Assembly: GCA_963708025.1 (NCBI GenBank)
Contig: CAVPSB010000014.1
Location: 320,001 to 384,000 of the forward strand
Length of the DNA: 64,000 nucleotides
Direction: 5' to 3'
Source of the DNA: an uncultured Candidatus Rokubacteria bacterium
GTDB taxonomy: Bacteria; Methylomirabilota; Methylomirabilia; Rokubacteriales; DASRDR01
In this document: positions 11,531-22,359 of the stretch, one piece after another
How positions within the stretch are numbered: the stretch's first letter is position 1
Layout: each line of letters starts with the position of its first letter
Notes under the pieces: generated by a model
What the model was told of the DNA's origin: nothing
Databases searched by the model: none
Seen by the model: the letters and a program-made list of their open reading frames with translations, nothing else
Translations under genes and position numbers: made by a program

Positions 11531-11970
11531 CCGAGGACCTGGGCCGCGGCCCGATCGGCCTCGACACGGCCATCTTCATCTACTACATCGAGGAGCACCC
11601 GCGCTTCCTCCCGCTCGTCGAGCCGGTCTTCGAGGGGATCGACCGCGGACAGTGGCGGGCCGTGACGTCGGGGGTGACGCTCCTGGAGACCCTGGTCATC
11701 CCCTACCAGCTCGGCGACGAGCCGCTGGCCGAGCGCTACGAGACGCTCCTGACCCGGAGCCGCGGTCTGACGCTGGTCGAACTCGACCGCTCGCTCCTCC
11801 GGGTCGCGGCCCGCCTGCGGGCGACCGCCGGCGTCCGGACGCCGGATGCCCTGCAGCTCGCCTCGGCGCTGGCCGCTCGCTGCACCGCCTACCTGACGAA
11901 CGACCGGACGCTACCGAGCCTCCCGGGGCTCCCCGTCCTCCAGCTTCGCGACTACGCCGCGGCCCCTTGA
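11521..11970 (+). CDS. vapC: PIN-domain toxin (VapC family)
   Basis: IGLDTAIFIY, TLLE, RTPDALQLASA, LTND acidic PIN residues. Confidence 0.88.
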   Translation: MGLTEDLGRGPIGLDTAIFIYYIEEHPRFLPLVEPVFEGIDRGQWRAVTSGVTLLETLVIPYQLGDEPLAERYETLLTRSRGLTLVELDRSLLRVAARLRATAGVRTPDALQLASALAARCTAYLTNDRTLPSLPGLPVLQLRDYAAAP

Positions 11971-12314
11971 GGCCCCGCGCCGCCGGGGGCAGCGAGCCTG
12001 GCAGGGTGCGCGGCCAGTCGGCTCCGAATCACGCCCTGTCACCACCGTCGCGGTCGGCCCGCTCGCCACCCTTGCTCGTCACCCGCGCAGTGAGGGCAGC
12101 GCAGGGTTCAGGCCAGCCGGTGTCGGACTGGGCGCCACCGCCGCGAGCCGCCCGGCGACGCTGACGGACCCGGCCGCTGCAAGGGTCCCGGCGAGGACCT
12201 TCCGCTGCCGGGCCGAGTGCTGGACAATGCAGGCTGGTGCCCCGGGGGCCCCGGCTCTGCCCCGGCGCGCCTCCGCCACGAGCCGCGCATCACCCGCACA
12301 CATGGGAGACGCCG

Positions 12315-13412
12315 ATGGCCTGGACCGCGCCCGCCTCCGCCCTGGACGCCGATGGCCGGGGCGTCCATCGCGACCTTCGCCGCACGGGCATCGATCCTGA
12401 CCACTGGTACCCCCTCGCCCGCGCTCGGGCGATCGAGCCCGGCCGGGCGCTCGGCGTCACGTTCGCGGGTAAGCCCATCGTCCTGGTGCGGACGGAGCCC
12501 GGCGAGGTGTTCGCGCTCGAGGACCGCTGCGCCCACCGGCAGGTGCCGCTCCACGCGGGGGTCGTGAAGGGCAGCTGCGTGCAGTGCTGCTACCACGGCT
12601 GGAGCTTCGACCGGACCGGCCGCTGTGTCGCCATTCCGTACCTCGACCGGAAGGACACCCCGGCCTGGCCCCGCGGCGTGCGCGCCTATCCGTGCCGCGA
12701 GGCGTACGGCCTGGTGTACGTGTTCCCCGGAGACCCCCAGGCGCCCGGGCTCGCCAGGTTCCCCGAGGTGCCCACCCAGGCGAACCCGCGCTACCGGACG
12801 CGCTACCTCGACCGCCGGCTGAACTGCCACTACTCGTTCATGCACGAGAACCTGCTGGACATGAACCATCAGTTCCTGCACCGCCGCTTCATGGGCCGCA
12901 TCCAGACGGTCTTCCTGGACCTCCGCCGCGGCGACGGCTGGGTCGAGGCCGACTACACCTTCCGGCGCGCCGGGGGCCGCCAGTCCCTCGGCGAGCGATT
13001 CATGCTCGGGCAGCGCGCCGTGCGCCCTGACGTGAAGGACGTGAGTCGGCGCGACATCATGACGATCCGGACGGACTACCCCTACCAGACGCTCCGGTTC
13101 TGGACCGCCGCCAGTAAGGAGCCGGCGCTCGACCTCTGGAACGTCTACGTGCCGATCGACCGGGAGCAGCGGGTGAACCACACCTACGGCCTGATGATGA
13201 TCCGGAAGCCTTCGATCCCGGCCCTCATCCATCTGCTCTGGCCCTTCATGGTCTGGTTCACGAACGGCATCTTCGCCGAGGACCGCTGGGTCGTCGAGGA
13301 GGAGCAGAAGGCGTTCGACCGGCAGGGCGCCGACGAGAACCAGGAGATCTTCCCGGTCATTCGCGCCCTGCGCGAGCTGCTGCTCGAGCGGGGCGTCGCC
13401 CTGGATCCCTGA
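12315..13412 (+). CDS. Rieske non-heme iron oxygenase alpha subunit
   Basis: CAHRQVPL...CCYHGW Rieske motif; ENLLDMNHQFLH and AED mononuclear Fe ligands. Confidence 0.9.
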   Translation: MAWTAPASALDADGRGVHRDLRRTGIDPDHWYPLARARAIEPGRALGVTFAGKPIVLVRTEPGEVFALEDRCAHRQVPLHAGVVKGSCVQCCYHGWSFDRTGRCVAIPYLDRKDTPAWPRGVRAYPCREAYGLVYVFPGDPQAPGLARFPEVPTQANPRYRTRYLDRRLNCHYSFMHENLLDMNHQFLHRRFMGRIQTVFLDLRRGDGWVEADYTFRRAGGRQSLGERFMLGQRAVRPDVKDVSRRDIMTIRTDYPYQTLRFWTAASKEPALDLWNVYVPIDREQRVNHTYGLMMIRKPSIPALIHLLWPFMVWFTNGIFAEDRWVVEEEQKAFDRQGADENQEIFPVIRALRELLLERGVALDP

Positions 13413-13622
13413 GGGACGGTCACCGGGCCTCGGGCGCCGCGACCTCCCGGACGAGCTGGAGGCCGAGCGCGCGGTCGCCGGGGTCGCCGAGCAGTACCGG
13501 CTCTGGGCCGACCCCGAGCGCGTCCTCGCCGACGTCGCGCCCTGCCAGCAGGCCAACGGCCTCGACCCGGCGCGCCGGGAGGCACCCGCTCCCGAGGAGG
13601 CCGCGAGCCGGGCTCCGCCGCC

Positions 13623-15092
13623 TCAGGCGAGGAGCTTCTTGACGACCTTCCCGTGAACGTCCGTGAGGCGGTAGTCGCGACCCTGGAAGCGGAACGTGAG
13701 CTTCGTGTGCTCGATCCCCATCAAGTGGAGGATCGTCGCGTGCAGGTCGTGGACGTGCACCGGGTCCGCGACGATGTTGTAGCCCAGGTCGTCGGTGGCG
13801 CCGATGGTGACGCCGGATCTGATCCCGCCACCGGCCAGCCACATGGTGAAGGCCCGGACGTGGTGATCGCGGCCGGGGAAGGGAGACCCGTCGCGCTCCT
13901 CGTTCATGGGTGTGCGCCCGAACTCGCCGCCCCACACGACGAGGGTGGTGTCGAGGAGACCGCGCTGCCGGAGGTCCTGGACGAGGGCCGCCGCGGCGCG
14001 GTCCGTCTCCCGGCACAGGGTGGTCAGGCCGTTCACGATGTCCCGCTCCCGCTTGTCGCCGTGGTGGTCCCACCCCCGATGGTAGAGCTGAACGAAGCGG
14101 ACGCCCCGCTCGACCAGGCGACGGGCGAGGAGGCAGTTGTTGGCGAACGACGCCCGGCCGGGCTCGGTGCCGTACAGGGCGTGGATCGCCGGAGGCTCGC
14201 GCGACACGTCCGCCAGCTCGGGGACGCTCGTCTGCATGCGGAACGCCGTCTCGTACGCGGCGATCCGGGACTCGATCTCGGCGTCGCCCACCTCGCGAAG
14301 ATGTCGCTCGTTGAGTCGCCGAAGGGTGTCCAGCGAGCGGCGCCGCACGGCCGCCGGCAGCCCGTCCGGGCTGGAGAGGGACAGCACCGGATCCCCCTTC
14401 GGGCGGAACTCCACCCCCTGGTACGCGGTCGGGAGGAACCCGTTGCTCCAGCACGCATTGCCCGCGCCCGGGTCCGGCCGGCCGGAGAGGAGCACCACGA
14501 ACCCCGGCAGGTCGCTGTTCGCGCTCCCGAGCCCGTAGGTCAGCCATGCACCCATGCTCGGACGGCCGATCACCTGATGGCCGGAGTTCATGAAGATCTG
14601 GGCCGGGCCGTGGTTGAAGTGGTCGGTGTGCATGGAGCGCAGGATCGCGATGTCGTCGACCACCCCGGTCAGGTGGGGTAGCAGGCTCGAGACCTCGGCC
14701 CCCGACTGGCCGTGAGGCCGGAAGTCATAGGGCGAGCCGAGCAACCGCGGCACGCCCTTGATGAAGGCGAAGCGCTGGCCCTTGATGAGGTCTTCCGGAA
14801 TCTTCTGGCCGCTGAGCTCGGTGAGCTTGGGCTTGGGGTCGAAGAGGTCGATCTGCGACGGTCCCCCGGCCATGAAGAGGTAGATGATGCTCTTCGCGCG
14901 CGGCGCGAAGTGGGGCGGCCGGGGCGCGAGCGGCCCGCCGGCCGGGACCCGGCCCGCGGTCGGGGGCGCCGCCGCGAGGTCCCGCTCGAGCAGCGCGGCG
15001 AGCGCGAGGGTTCCGATACCGAAGCCGCTCTGCTGGAAGAAGTGCCGCCGGGTGACGGCGCGAAGCCCCTCGTCGCGACCTTCCACCCTCAC
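13623..15092 (-). CDS. DUF1501 family protein (Tat-exported)
   Basis: [59 protein letters not shown]. Confidence 0.9.
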   Translation of the reverse strand: MRVEGRDEGLRAVTRRHFFQQSGFGIGTLALAALLERDLAAAPPTAGRVPAGGPLAPRPPHFAPRAKSIIYLFMAGGPSQIDLFDPKPKLTELSGQKIPEDLIKGQRFAFIKGVPRLLGSPYDFRPHGQSGAEVSSLLPHLTGVVDDIAILRSMHTDHFNHGPAQIFMNSGHQVIGRPSMGAWLTYGLGSANSDLPGFVVLLSGRPDPGAGNACWSNGFLPTAYQGVEFRPKGDPVLSLSSPDGLPAAVRRRSLDTLRRLNERHLREVGDAEIESRIAAYETAFRMQTSVPELADVSREPPAIHALYGTEPGRASFANNCLLARRLVERGVRFVQLYHRGWDHHGDKRERDIVNGLTTLCRETDRAAAALVQDLRQRGLLDTTLVVWGGEFGRTPMNEERDGSPFPGRDHHVRAFTMWLAGGGIRSGVTIGATDDLGYNIVADPVHVHDLHATILHLMGIEHTKLTFRFQGRDYRLTDVHGKVVKKLLA

Positions 15093-17344
15093 TCCTTGGT
15101 CAGCGTCTCGTCCAGGTTCAGCAGCACGCTGGCCACCACCGTCCAGGCGGCCAGCTCCGGCAGCTCCCCCGCCTCGGGCTCCGGCGCGAGGTCGGCCAGC
15201 AGCCGCGCGGCCGCCTGGCGCGCGGAGGCGAAGTGGTCGCGCTCACGCGCGTAGGCACGGACGAGCTGGTCCAGCTCGTCGGGCTCGGGCGCGCGGGCCA
15301 GGCACAGGCGGAAGCCATGGGCGGCCCGCGCCCGCGGGGTCTCCGCCGCCTCGCGCACCATCCGCCGGGCCAGGCCACGGGCGGCCTCGACGAAGGCGGG
15401 GTCGTTCAGGGCGGTCAGGGCCTGGAGCGGCGTGTTCGTCCGGGGGCGGCGGACCGTGGTGACCTCTCGACTCGGGGCGTCGAAGCTCGCCAGCCCCGGG
15501 TAGGGAGCCGTCCGCCGCCAGAACGTGTAGAGACCCCGGCGATGGCGGTCCTCACCGTCGCTGGTGACCCAGCCCGTCCGGCTCCTGTTGTTGGCGATGA
15601 AGCCGACATTGTCGGGCTCGGGCGGGAAGACACTGGGCCCTCCGATCTTCCGGCTGAGCAGGCCGCTGGCGGCCAGGGTCACGTCCCGGATCATCTCCGC
15701 CTCCATCCGGAATCGGGGACCACGCGCGAGCAGCCGGTTCTCGGGGTCCTTCTCGGCGACCTCGGGTGTGACGCGCGACGCCTGCCGGTAGGTCGCCGAC
15801 GTCGCGATCACGCGGTGCACGGCCTTCATGCTGAAGTCCAGCCGCACGAACTCGGTGGCCAGCCAGTCGAGCAGCTCCGGATGGCTCGGCGGCCGGCCCT
15901 GGGTGCCGAAGTCCTCCGCCGTCTCCACGAGCGGCCGGCCGAAGAACTCCCCCCAGAACCGGTTGACCGCGACCCGGGCCACCAGCGGGTTCTCCCGGTC
16001 GACCAGCCAGTACGCGAGTCCGAGGCGGTTCAGCGGCCACTCCGAGCGCATCGGGTGGAGCGCGCGCGGCGCGCCCGCCTCGACCTTCGGTCCCTTGGCG
16101 GCGAAGCTGCCCCGGATGCGAAGGTAGGTGGACGGCGGCTTGCTCGTCTGGCGCTCGCTCATGACCATGGCCGGGACCCCGCGCCCGCCCGCCATCACCT
16201 CCCGGGCGTTATCGAAGAAGGCCAGCAGCCGGTAGTACTCGCGTTGGGTGAACGGGTCGTACTTGTGGTTGTGACACTGCGCGCACGCGAGGGTCGCGCC
16301 GAGCCACACGGTGGCGGTCGTGTTCACCCGGTCGACCAGCATCTCCCAGCGCACCTCTTCGAGGTCCAGTCCGTCCTCATCGTTCTGCATCGCGTTGACG
16401 TGGAACCCGGTGGCGACCTGCTGCTCGGGGGTGGCGCCCGGCAGGAGATCGCCCGCGAGCTGCTCGATCGTGAAGCGGTCGAAGGGCAGGTCGCGGTTCA
16501 ACGCGTCGATGACCCAGTCGCGGAACGGCCACATCTTCCGGGGGCTGTCGGCGCTCCCGCCGTTGGTGTCCGCGTAGCGGGCGAGGTCCAGCCAGGGGCG
16601 GGCCCAGCGCTCGCCGTAGTGGGGCGAGGCGAGCAGCCGGTCCACGACCTTCTCGTACGCGTCGGGGCTCGGGTCGGCCAGGAACGCGTCGACCTCGGCG
16701 AGGCTCGGCGGCAGGCCCGTCAGGTCGAGGCTCACGCGCCGGATGAGCGTCGCCCGCGGCGCCTCCGGCGACGGCCGGAGGCTCTCGCGCTCGAGCCGCG
16801 CCAGCACGAAGGCATCGATGGGATTCCGCACCCAGTCCGACTGGCGCACGGCGGGCGCCTCGGGGCGGATCGGCTTCTGGTACGCCCAGTGCGGCGCGAA
16901 CGTCGCGTCGGCGGCCGAGGCGGGCCACTGGGCACCCGCGTCGATCCAGGTGCGGATCAGGCGGATCTGCTCGGGGGAGAGCGGCTCTCCCTTCTGGGGC
17001 ATCCGCTCCTCGGGATCGGCGGCCGTGATGAGCTGGACGAGCCGGCTGTCCCGGCTGTTGCCCGGGACGATGACCTTCCCGGAGACGCCGCCGTGCAGGG
17101 CATGGGCCCCCGAGTCGAGACGGAGCTGACCCCGCCGCTTGATCCAATCGTGGCACTTCAGGCACCGGGCCTTGAAGATCGGTTGGATGTCCCGTACGAA
17201 TTCGACGGGGGGCTCACTCCGCCACGGCAGCGGGACTGCCGGGATCAGGAAGAGAAGGGCGCAGACCAGGGCGCCCCCGACGGCGAGCAAAGGGAGGCGC
17301 GAGATCCGGCCCACGTGGGTTCTCCAGCGCCGGGAGTGTAGCAC
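15089..17344 (-). CDS. Planctomycete cytochrome c / PSCyt2 (DUF1549) / PSD1 (DUF1553) protein; start uncertain
   Basis: Heme motifs CLKCH and [56 protein letters not shown]. Confidence 0.9.
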   Translation of the reverse strand: MLHSRRWRTHVGRISRLPLLAVGGALVCALLFLIPAVPLPWRSEPPVEFVRDIQPIFKARCLKCHDWIKRRGQLRLDSGAHALHGGVSGKVIVPGNSRDSRLVQLITAADPEERMPQKGEPLSPEQIRLIRTWIDAGAQWPASAADATFAPHWAYQKPIRPEAPAVRQSDWVRNPIDAFVLARLERESLRPSPEAPRATLIRRVSLDLTGLPPSLAEVDAFLADPSPDAYEKVVDRLLASPHYGERWARPWLDLARYADTNGGSADSPRKMWPFRDWVIDALNRDLPFDRFTIEQLAGDLLPGATPEQQVATGFHVNAMQNDEDGLDLEEVRWEMLVDRVNTTATVWLGATLACAQCHNHKYDPFTQREYYRLLAFFDNAREVMAGGRGVPAMVMSERQTSKPPSTYLRIRGSFAAKGPKVEAGAPRALHPMRSEWPLNRLGLAYWLVDRENPLVARVAVNRFWGEFFGRPLVETAEDFGTQGRPPSHPELLDWLATEFVRLDFSMKAVHRVIATSATYRQASRVTPEVAEKDPENRLLARGPRFRMEAEMIRDVTLAASGLLSRKIGGPSVFPPEPDNVGFIANNRSRTGWVTSDGEDRHRRGLYTFWRRTAPYPGLASFDAPSREVTTVRRPRTNTPLQALTALNDPAFVEAARGLARRMVREAAETPRARAAHGFRLCLARAPEPDELDQLVRAYARERDHFASARQAAARLLADLAPEPEAGELPELAAWTVVASVLLNLDETLTKE

Positions 17345-17362
17345 GGCCCCCTCGAAGGAGCT

Positions 17363-19132
17363 CTAATTCGCCCTTGTCCCATCTGGGACGACGCGCAGCA
17401 CCAGGAACCAACGGTTCTCGAACACCGGCTGGGCTGGCAGCGGCGTGGGATCGAAGGGGCGCCGAAAGACCGCGTAGCCCGCGTGGTAGGTCTCGGCCAG
17501 GCGCCGGAGGCGCCCGGCGTCCATCTTGGCGTACCCGAGCTCCGCGTCCCAGAGCGAGGCGACGTCGGGCGTCCCGGCCACGGCCGTGATCCGCCGGTAC
17601 CATTCGATGGTCTCGGCGGGCCGAAAGGGGAAGCCCTTCCAGTCCACCACGACGGCGCGCTGTCCGAACAGTCGGACAAGCTCGAGCGCGGGGGGAATCA
17701 GGAAGATGGCATCGGGCTCCGTGGTGCCGATCCAGCCGTACAGCTCGCGTTCGACCGGGTGGACGTACCCGAGCTTCGGAATGACGAGATCGAAGTGCTG
17801 GAACGCGACCGCCGCCGGGAGCAGCGCCAGAATCGCGAAGACCAGGGCGACCGGCACCCACCGGTTGCCCGGCGGGCCATTCTCCCCCCTGGCGCCGGCG
17901 ACGGTCTCTCGCCGGGCTCTCACCACGTGCAGGAGCGCGATGATGAGGCCGCCCCCGGCGAGGATCAGGACACGGTAGTCGGTGACGCCCCCCCTGTACG
18001 CGTAGCAGCCGATCACGCCCAGTAATCCGAGCACGAACGGCACGAGACGCCAGCGAGACCAGGCCTCGCGCACGCGAGACGGCTGGTCGAGAAGCGTGGC
18101 GGCGACCGCCCGGGCGACCACGATCTGCGCCAGGAGCACCGGGAACGGCGTCATGCGCCAGAAGAAGACGGCGGCGACGGCCGGCACGAAGATCACCGTG
18201 GTCAGGAGTGCCCCGGCGGCGATGACCGCGAGGAACGCGGCGTACAACGCCTGGAAGCGGCGCCGGACGAGCCCATCCGGGGACACCTCGCGCAGAAGGG
18301 GGCATGCCACGAGCTGCCATGCGGCGAAGAGCAGGAGCGAAGGGACGAACGCGTGCGGGTCGTAGTGGTGGCGCGCCCGGATGGTCATCAACACGTGGCG
18401 GGCGAAGCTGACGTCGGCCGGGCTGGCCCCGAGCGGAGTTGCCGCGATGAGAGCCGGCAAGTCGAACAGCGCCACGATCGAGACGAGCGAGAATTGCCGG
18501 AGCAACCGGGAGAGCAGGCCGGCGCGACCCAGGAGAAGGTGCGCCACGCCCAGGAAGGGAAAGCCGAGGAGCAGGAAGTTGATGTGCAGCAGCCCGGCGA
18601 CCGCCAGACAAGCCCCGGAGGCCAGGTACGCCTGCTCGAGGAAGAACACCAGCGCCGCGAGATGCGCGACGGTGGCCAGGGTGGCGGGCTGGAGTGACGG
18701 GCTGAAGAAGTAGCTCCCGGCCACGGCGTGGGTCCGGTCCACGACCACGAAGAGGAGGACCGCCACGAGCCATCCCACGAGCGCGCGGTGACGGTCGAGA
18801 CTCCGGAAAGCCCGAAACACGAGGGCCAGCGACGCCGCCACCGCGAACACGTTCCCGAGGGCCAGGAGCCAGGGCAGGTTGCCCAGTCGGTCCGCGAGCG
18901 CCACCAGCATCGAGAAGCGCGGATGATACTGGTAGGTCTCGCGAAGGAACCAGTCGGCGTTCAGCAGCCCGGGCCGAGTCCGCCGCAGGCCGTCGAGCAG
19001 GTAGAGCGAGTGGTTGCTGAGCGGATCGCCGAAGGACAGCCCGAAGGAGACCCCCAGGACGAGCCCCAGCAGGCCCACCACCCACCACTCCCGGCCTCGG
19101 CCGCGACCCACCGTATCCGGAGGTCGGGTCAC
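17363..19132 (-). CDS. Polytopic membrane protein, DUF6798-like C-terminus
   Basis: Many TM segments; NADWF, RARHHYDP, FLIPP, RAVVVDWKGFP...EWYRR; GTG start chosen at 19132. Confidence 0.65.
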   Translation of the reverse strand: MTRPPDTVGRGRGREWWVVGLLGLVLGVSFGLSFGDPLSNHSLYLLDGLRRTRPGLLNADWFLRETYQYHPRFSMLVALADRLGNLPWLLALGNVFAVAASLALVFRAFRSLDRHRALVGWLVAVLLFVVVDRTHAVAGSYFFSPSLQPATLATVAHLAALVFFLEQAYLASGACLAVAGLLHINFLLLGFPFLGVAHLLLGRAGLLSRLLRQFSLVSIVALFDLPALIAATPLGASPADVSFARHVLMTIRARHHYDPHAFVPSLLLFAAWQLVACPLLREVSPDGLVRRRFQALYAAFLAVIAAGALLTTVIFVPAVAAVFFWRMTPFPVLLAQIVVARAVAATLLDQPSRVREAWSRWRLVPFVLGLLGVIGCYAYRGGVTDYRVLILAGGGLIIALLHVVRARRETVAGARGENGPPGNRWVPVALVFAILALLPAAVAFQHFDLVIPKLGYVHPVERELYGWIGTTEPDAIFLIPPALELVRLFGQRAVVVDWKGFPFRPAETIEWYRRITAVAGTPDVASLWDAELGYAKMDAGRLRRLAETYHAGYAVFRRPFDPTPLPAQPVFENRWFLVLRVVPDGTRAN

Positions 19133-19319
19133 GGCGCCGGCTTCCGCGCCAAGGCCCGCAGTACCGCCTCCTCGTTGTAGACGGGAACGATGACCGATAG
19201 CGTCTCCACTCGAGCTCCCTCTCTTCCCGGGCCTTGCGCGCGGTCGGGATTCTACTCCACCGGGACCCCGCCCTCCAAACTTCTCCAGACGCGGGTGCCG
19301 GAGGCGGCCGGAGCCCCTA

Positions 19320-19514
19320 TTGACGGTCGTCACCGCCTGGCCCCGCACGGAGCGCGTCCTCGACCCGGTCTGGAATCCGCTCCCCGACGGCTGCCGGCTA
19401 GCGGCCCGGATCTGGCGGCCCGCCGACGCCGAGGCCGACCCGGTGCCGGCGGTCCCTAGCGGCGCCCATATCTGGGTGACGAACCAATCGAGCAACACCG
19501 TGTCGAAGCGCTGA
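19320..19514 (+). pseudogene. Chimeric stub: CocE/NonD hydrolase N-terminus fused to a beta-propeller (YncE/YVTN-like) C-terminus
   Basis: PLPDGCRLAARIWRPADAEADPVPAV then GAHIWVTNQSSNTVSKR*. Confidence 0.55.
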
Positions 19515-19623
19515 GCCTCGGCGAGGGTTGCGCCCGGAGCCCGGTCTTCGCTGGCGGGCCCGGGCGCGTGCTTCGCACGGGCTCTGGGACCTGCTCGGCC
19601 GGCCCGCGCACGCGGAGGCGGCC

Positions 19624-19789
19624 TCAGAGGCGGCTGGGTAGCCCCCGGGCCGGCGCCATGTGCGGGCGGCCACAGTGGGGCCGCCGGTGACGTAGACGAC
19701 CTCGCCGGTCATCCAGCCGGCGCGCTCGGAGGCGAGGGAGAGCACGGCGCTGGCGATGTCGTCGGGCGAGCCGGTGCGGCCGAGGGGCG
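19624..19789 (-). pseudogene. Diverged duplicate of the 3' end of the SDR gene (24422-24588)
   Basis: Hand alignment gives about 90% identity, one 1-nt gap and a ~50-bp identical run; ends ARGLPSRL* vs ARGLPRRI*. Confidence 0.9.
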
Positions 19790-19800
19790 CGCGGGCCATG

Positions 19801-19829
19801 TTGACCGAGCCGGGGATAATCCGTATCAT
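19801..19829 (+). promoter_or_regulatory. Putative sigma70 promoter
   Basis: TTGACC-N17-TATCAT upstream of 19885. Confidence 0.6.
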
Positions 19830-19884
19830 CTCGACCCGTCCAAGAGCGGATCGAGACGGCCGTCAGATGAGGGGGAACGAGCAA

Positions 19885-20385
19885 ATGAGGAAGAGAGTGG
19901 AAATGGTCGCCATGGCGGTCGCGCTCGCAATCGGGGTGTTCGCCGTGGCGACGGCCGACGAGGGGTGGCACACATATCAGTCGGACAAGTATGGGTTCAA
20001 GATGCTGACTCCGTCGGGAGTCCAGTTCAAGGAGAAGGAGCACGGCGGAGGCTGGGGGGCGCTGGAGGCAACTCACGAAACCATCAAGTTCCTGGCCGTC
20101 GGCAAGCTTGGCGCACAGGCCAATCCGGAAGAGATCGAGAAGTTCGGCGTGAACCTCACGGGCCTCGGGGCGGGTCACTGGAAGCAGGTCGACAAGGGGC
20201 AGAACAAGAACGGCTGGAAGTGGTACCGCACGGTCGAGGCGAGCGACGGCAAGACCCTGCTCTTCGGCGGCTATGGCACCGGGCCCAAGGGCAGCTACCT
20301 GATCCTGCTCCAGACGACGGTCAAGGACTACGAGGAGCACAAAGCCGACTACCACAAGTGGTACAACAGCATCACCCTGTTCTGA
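19885..20385 (+). CDS. Secreted hypothetical protein
   Basis: Signal peptide (…AVATA-DEG); Lys/Trp/Tyr-rich; visibly A-richer than flanks. Confidence 0.75.
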   Translation: MRKRVEMVAMAVALAIGVFAVATADEGWHTYQSDKYGFKMLTPSGVQFKEKEHGGGWGALEATHETIKFLAVGKLGAQANPEEIEKFGVNLTGLGAGHWKQVDKGQNKNGWKWYRTVEASDGKTLLFGGYGTGPKGSYLILLQTTVKDYEEHKADYHKWYNSITLF

Positions 20386-20389
20386 GTCG

Positions 20390-20540
20390 GTGCGCCAGTG
20401 GGTCGTATCGGTTCCGGTATCGCCTCGCGTGCGACCACGGCTTGACGCGCGCGGTGCTGGGCATCCACGCCCGGGTGCTCCAAGGCTTCTACGTCCGCAG
20501 CGCACACCGGCGTGGCATTGGCCGGGGGGGGGCCAGCAAC
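20390..20540 (+). mobile_element. IS91-family (Y2 rolling-circle) transposase remnant
   Basis: VRQWV then, after a frame change, YRFRYRLACDHGLTRAVLGIHARVLQGFYVRSAHRRGI; resembles the region after the Zn-binding domain of IS91-like transposases. Confidence 0.65.
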
Positions 20541-20728
20541 ATAACGCCCTTTCGCGACCCTTTGGGGGGCCGCGCCCCATGCGGATCGGATCCTGAACGA
20601 CCCGCCGCCGACCGATCTGCCCGTCGCGCGAGCTTGATGCACCGATTCGCGCCCGCCCTCATCGACGACTGCCCCCTGCACGGGGCCCAGACACGCAGGA
20701 AGGCCACGAGGTCTTCGGGAGGCTCATC

Positions 20729-21577
20729 ATGATGCGACGTCGCTTTGCCGCCATCGCGCTAGCCGCGCTCTTCTGCGCGGGTCCCGCGCTCGCCCAGGAC
20801 AAGCTTCCCCCGCTCAGGACCGGCGTCGACGGCACCTTCGCCCCGCACGCCATGCCCAAGCTGGGCGGCGGCGTCGAGGGCTTCCAGATCGACCTCTTCA
20901 CCGAGGTCGCGCGCCGCATGAAGCGCGAGATCACCATCGACGCGGTGAGCTTCTCGACCCTGATTCCCGGCATGCAGTCCGGCCGCTACGACTTCATCGC
21001 CGCGCCGACGACGGTGACCAAGGAGCGGGCGGAGAACATGCTGTTCACCGCGGGCTACCTGTGGACCGCGTACCAGTTCGGCATCAAGAAGGGCTCGGAG
21101 CCGATCAAGGACTGGGCCGACCTCAAGGGCAAGTCGGTCTCCGTCAACAAGGGCACGCCCTACGAGACGCTGTCCAAGGCCAAGGGCGCCGAGCACGGCT
21201 TCACGGTGCAGGTCTACGACACCCAGCCGGACGCCACCCAGGCGGTCCTCTCGGGCCGCGCCTACGCGACGCTCGGCGGCAACACCACCATCGTCTACGC
21301 CGCGTCGAAGAACCCGCAGTTCGTGGCCGACCTCGAGCTCAAGGACACGCGCGCCCACTGGGCGGCGCCGGTGCCCAAGAACAACCCGAAGCTCCGCGCC
21401 GAGCTCCAGGATGCGCTCGACTGCATGAAGAAGGACGGCACGATCGCCAGGCTTTCCGAGAAGTGGTTCGGCCGCAAGCCGCCGGCCGACGGCCTCGAGG
21501 TGGTGATCACGCCGGGCTACGGCCCGCCCGGCATGCCGGGCTACGACCCGACACCGCACGAGCTCAAGTGCAACTGA
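20729..21577 (+). CDS. Polar amino acid ABC substrate-binding protein
   Basis: Signal peptide; [29 protein letters not shown]. Confidence 0.92.
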   Translation: MMRRRFAAIALAALFCAGPALAQDKLPPLRTGVDGTFAPHAMPKLGGGVEGFQIDLFTEVARRMKREITIDAVSFSTLIPGMQSGRYDFIAAPTTVTKERAENMLFTAGYLWTAYQFGIKKGSEPIKDWADLKGKSVSVNKGTPYETLSKAKGAEHGFTVQVYDTQPDATQAVLSGRAYATLGGNTTIVYAASKNPQFVADLELKDTRAHWAAPVPKNNPKLRAELQDALDCMKKDGTIARLSEKWFGRKPPADGLEVVITPGYGPPGMPGYDPTPHELKCN

Positions 21578-21590
21578 CCGACTCGAGCGA

Positions 21591-22331
21591 GTGAACGGCC
21601 CGATCGTCGACGCGCGCGGTCTCCACAAGCATTTCGGCGCCCTTCACGTTCTGAAGGGCGTCGATCTCAGGGTGGCCGAGCGCGAGCTGGTGTTCGTCAT
21701 CGGGCCGTCGGGCTCGGGCAAGTCGACCCTGCTGCGCTGTCTCAACCGGCTGGAGGAGCCGTCCGCCGGCAGCGTCGTGGTGGACGGCATCGACATGCTC
21801 GACCCGCGGACCGACATCAACCATGCCCGCCAGCGCATCGGCATGGTGTTCCAGTCCTTCAACCTCTATCCGCACATGACGGCGCTCGGCAACGTGACGC
21901 TCGCGCTCCGCAAGGTCGCGGGCAAGTCGCGCGCCACGGCCGAGGCGCTCGGCCGGGCCGCACTGGAGCGGGTCGGCCTCGCCGACCGCGCCGGCCACAC
22001 GCCGGGCCAGCTCTCGGGCGGCCAGCAGCAGCGGGTGGCCATCGCGCGCTCGATCGCGCTCGAGCCCCGGGTCATGCTGTTCGACGAGCCGACCAGCGCG
22101 CTCGATCCGGAGCTGGTGGGCTCGGTGCTCGAGGTCATGCGCTCCTTGCGCGAGAGCGGCATGACCATGATCGTGGTCAGCCACGAGATGGGCTTTGCCC
22201 GCAACGCCGCCGACCGGGTCGTGTTCATGGACGAGGGCGCCATCGTGGAGGAGGGGCCGCCGGCCGCGATCTTCGAGAACCCGGCCCACGAGCGCACGCG
22301 CGCCTTCATCGGCCAGATCCAGCGGCACTGA
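21591..22331 (+). CDS. Polar amino acid ABC ATP-binding protein (GlnQ-like)
   Basis: [40 protein letters not shown]. Confidence 0.95.
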   Translation: MNGPIVDARGLHKHFGALHVLKGVDLRVAERELVFVIGPSGSGKSTLLRCLNRLEEPSAGSVVVDGIDMLDPRTDINHARQRIGMVFQSFNLYPHMTALGNVTLALRKVAGKSRATAEALGRAALERVGLADRAGHTPGQLSGGQQQRVAIARSIALEPRVMLFDEPTSALDPELVGSVLEVMRSLRESGMTMIVVSHEMGFARNAADRVVFMDEGAIVEEGPPAAIFENPAHERTRAFIGQIQRH

Positions 22332-22359
22332 GCGGGGGTTGCCCCCGGATACCGATCCA

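Noticed and set aside
15233-17341. Long antisense ORFs here and at 26921-28456, 39631-41784, 42249-44090, 46510-48291 and 54368-56014
   Set aside because: Shadows of real genes, caused by stop-codon scarcity at high GC.
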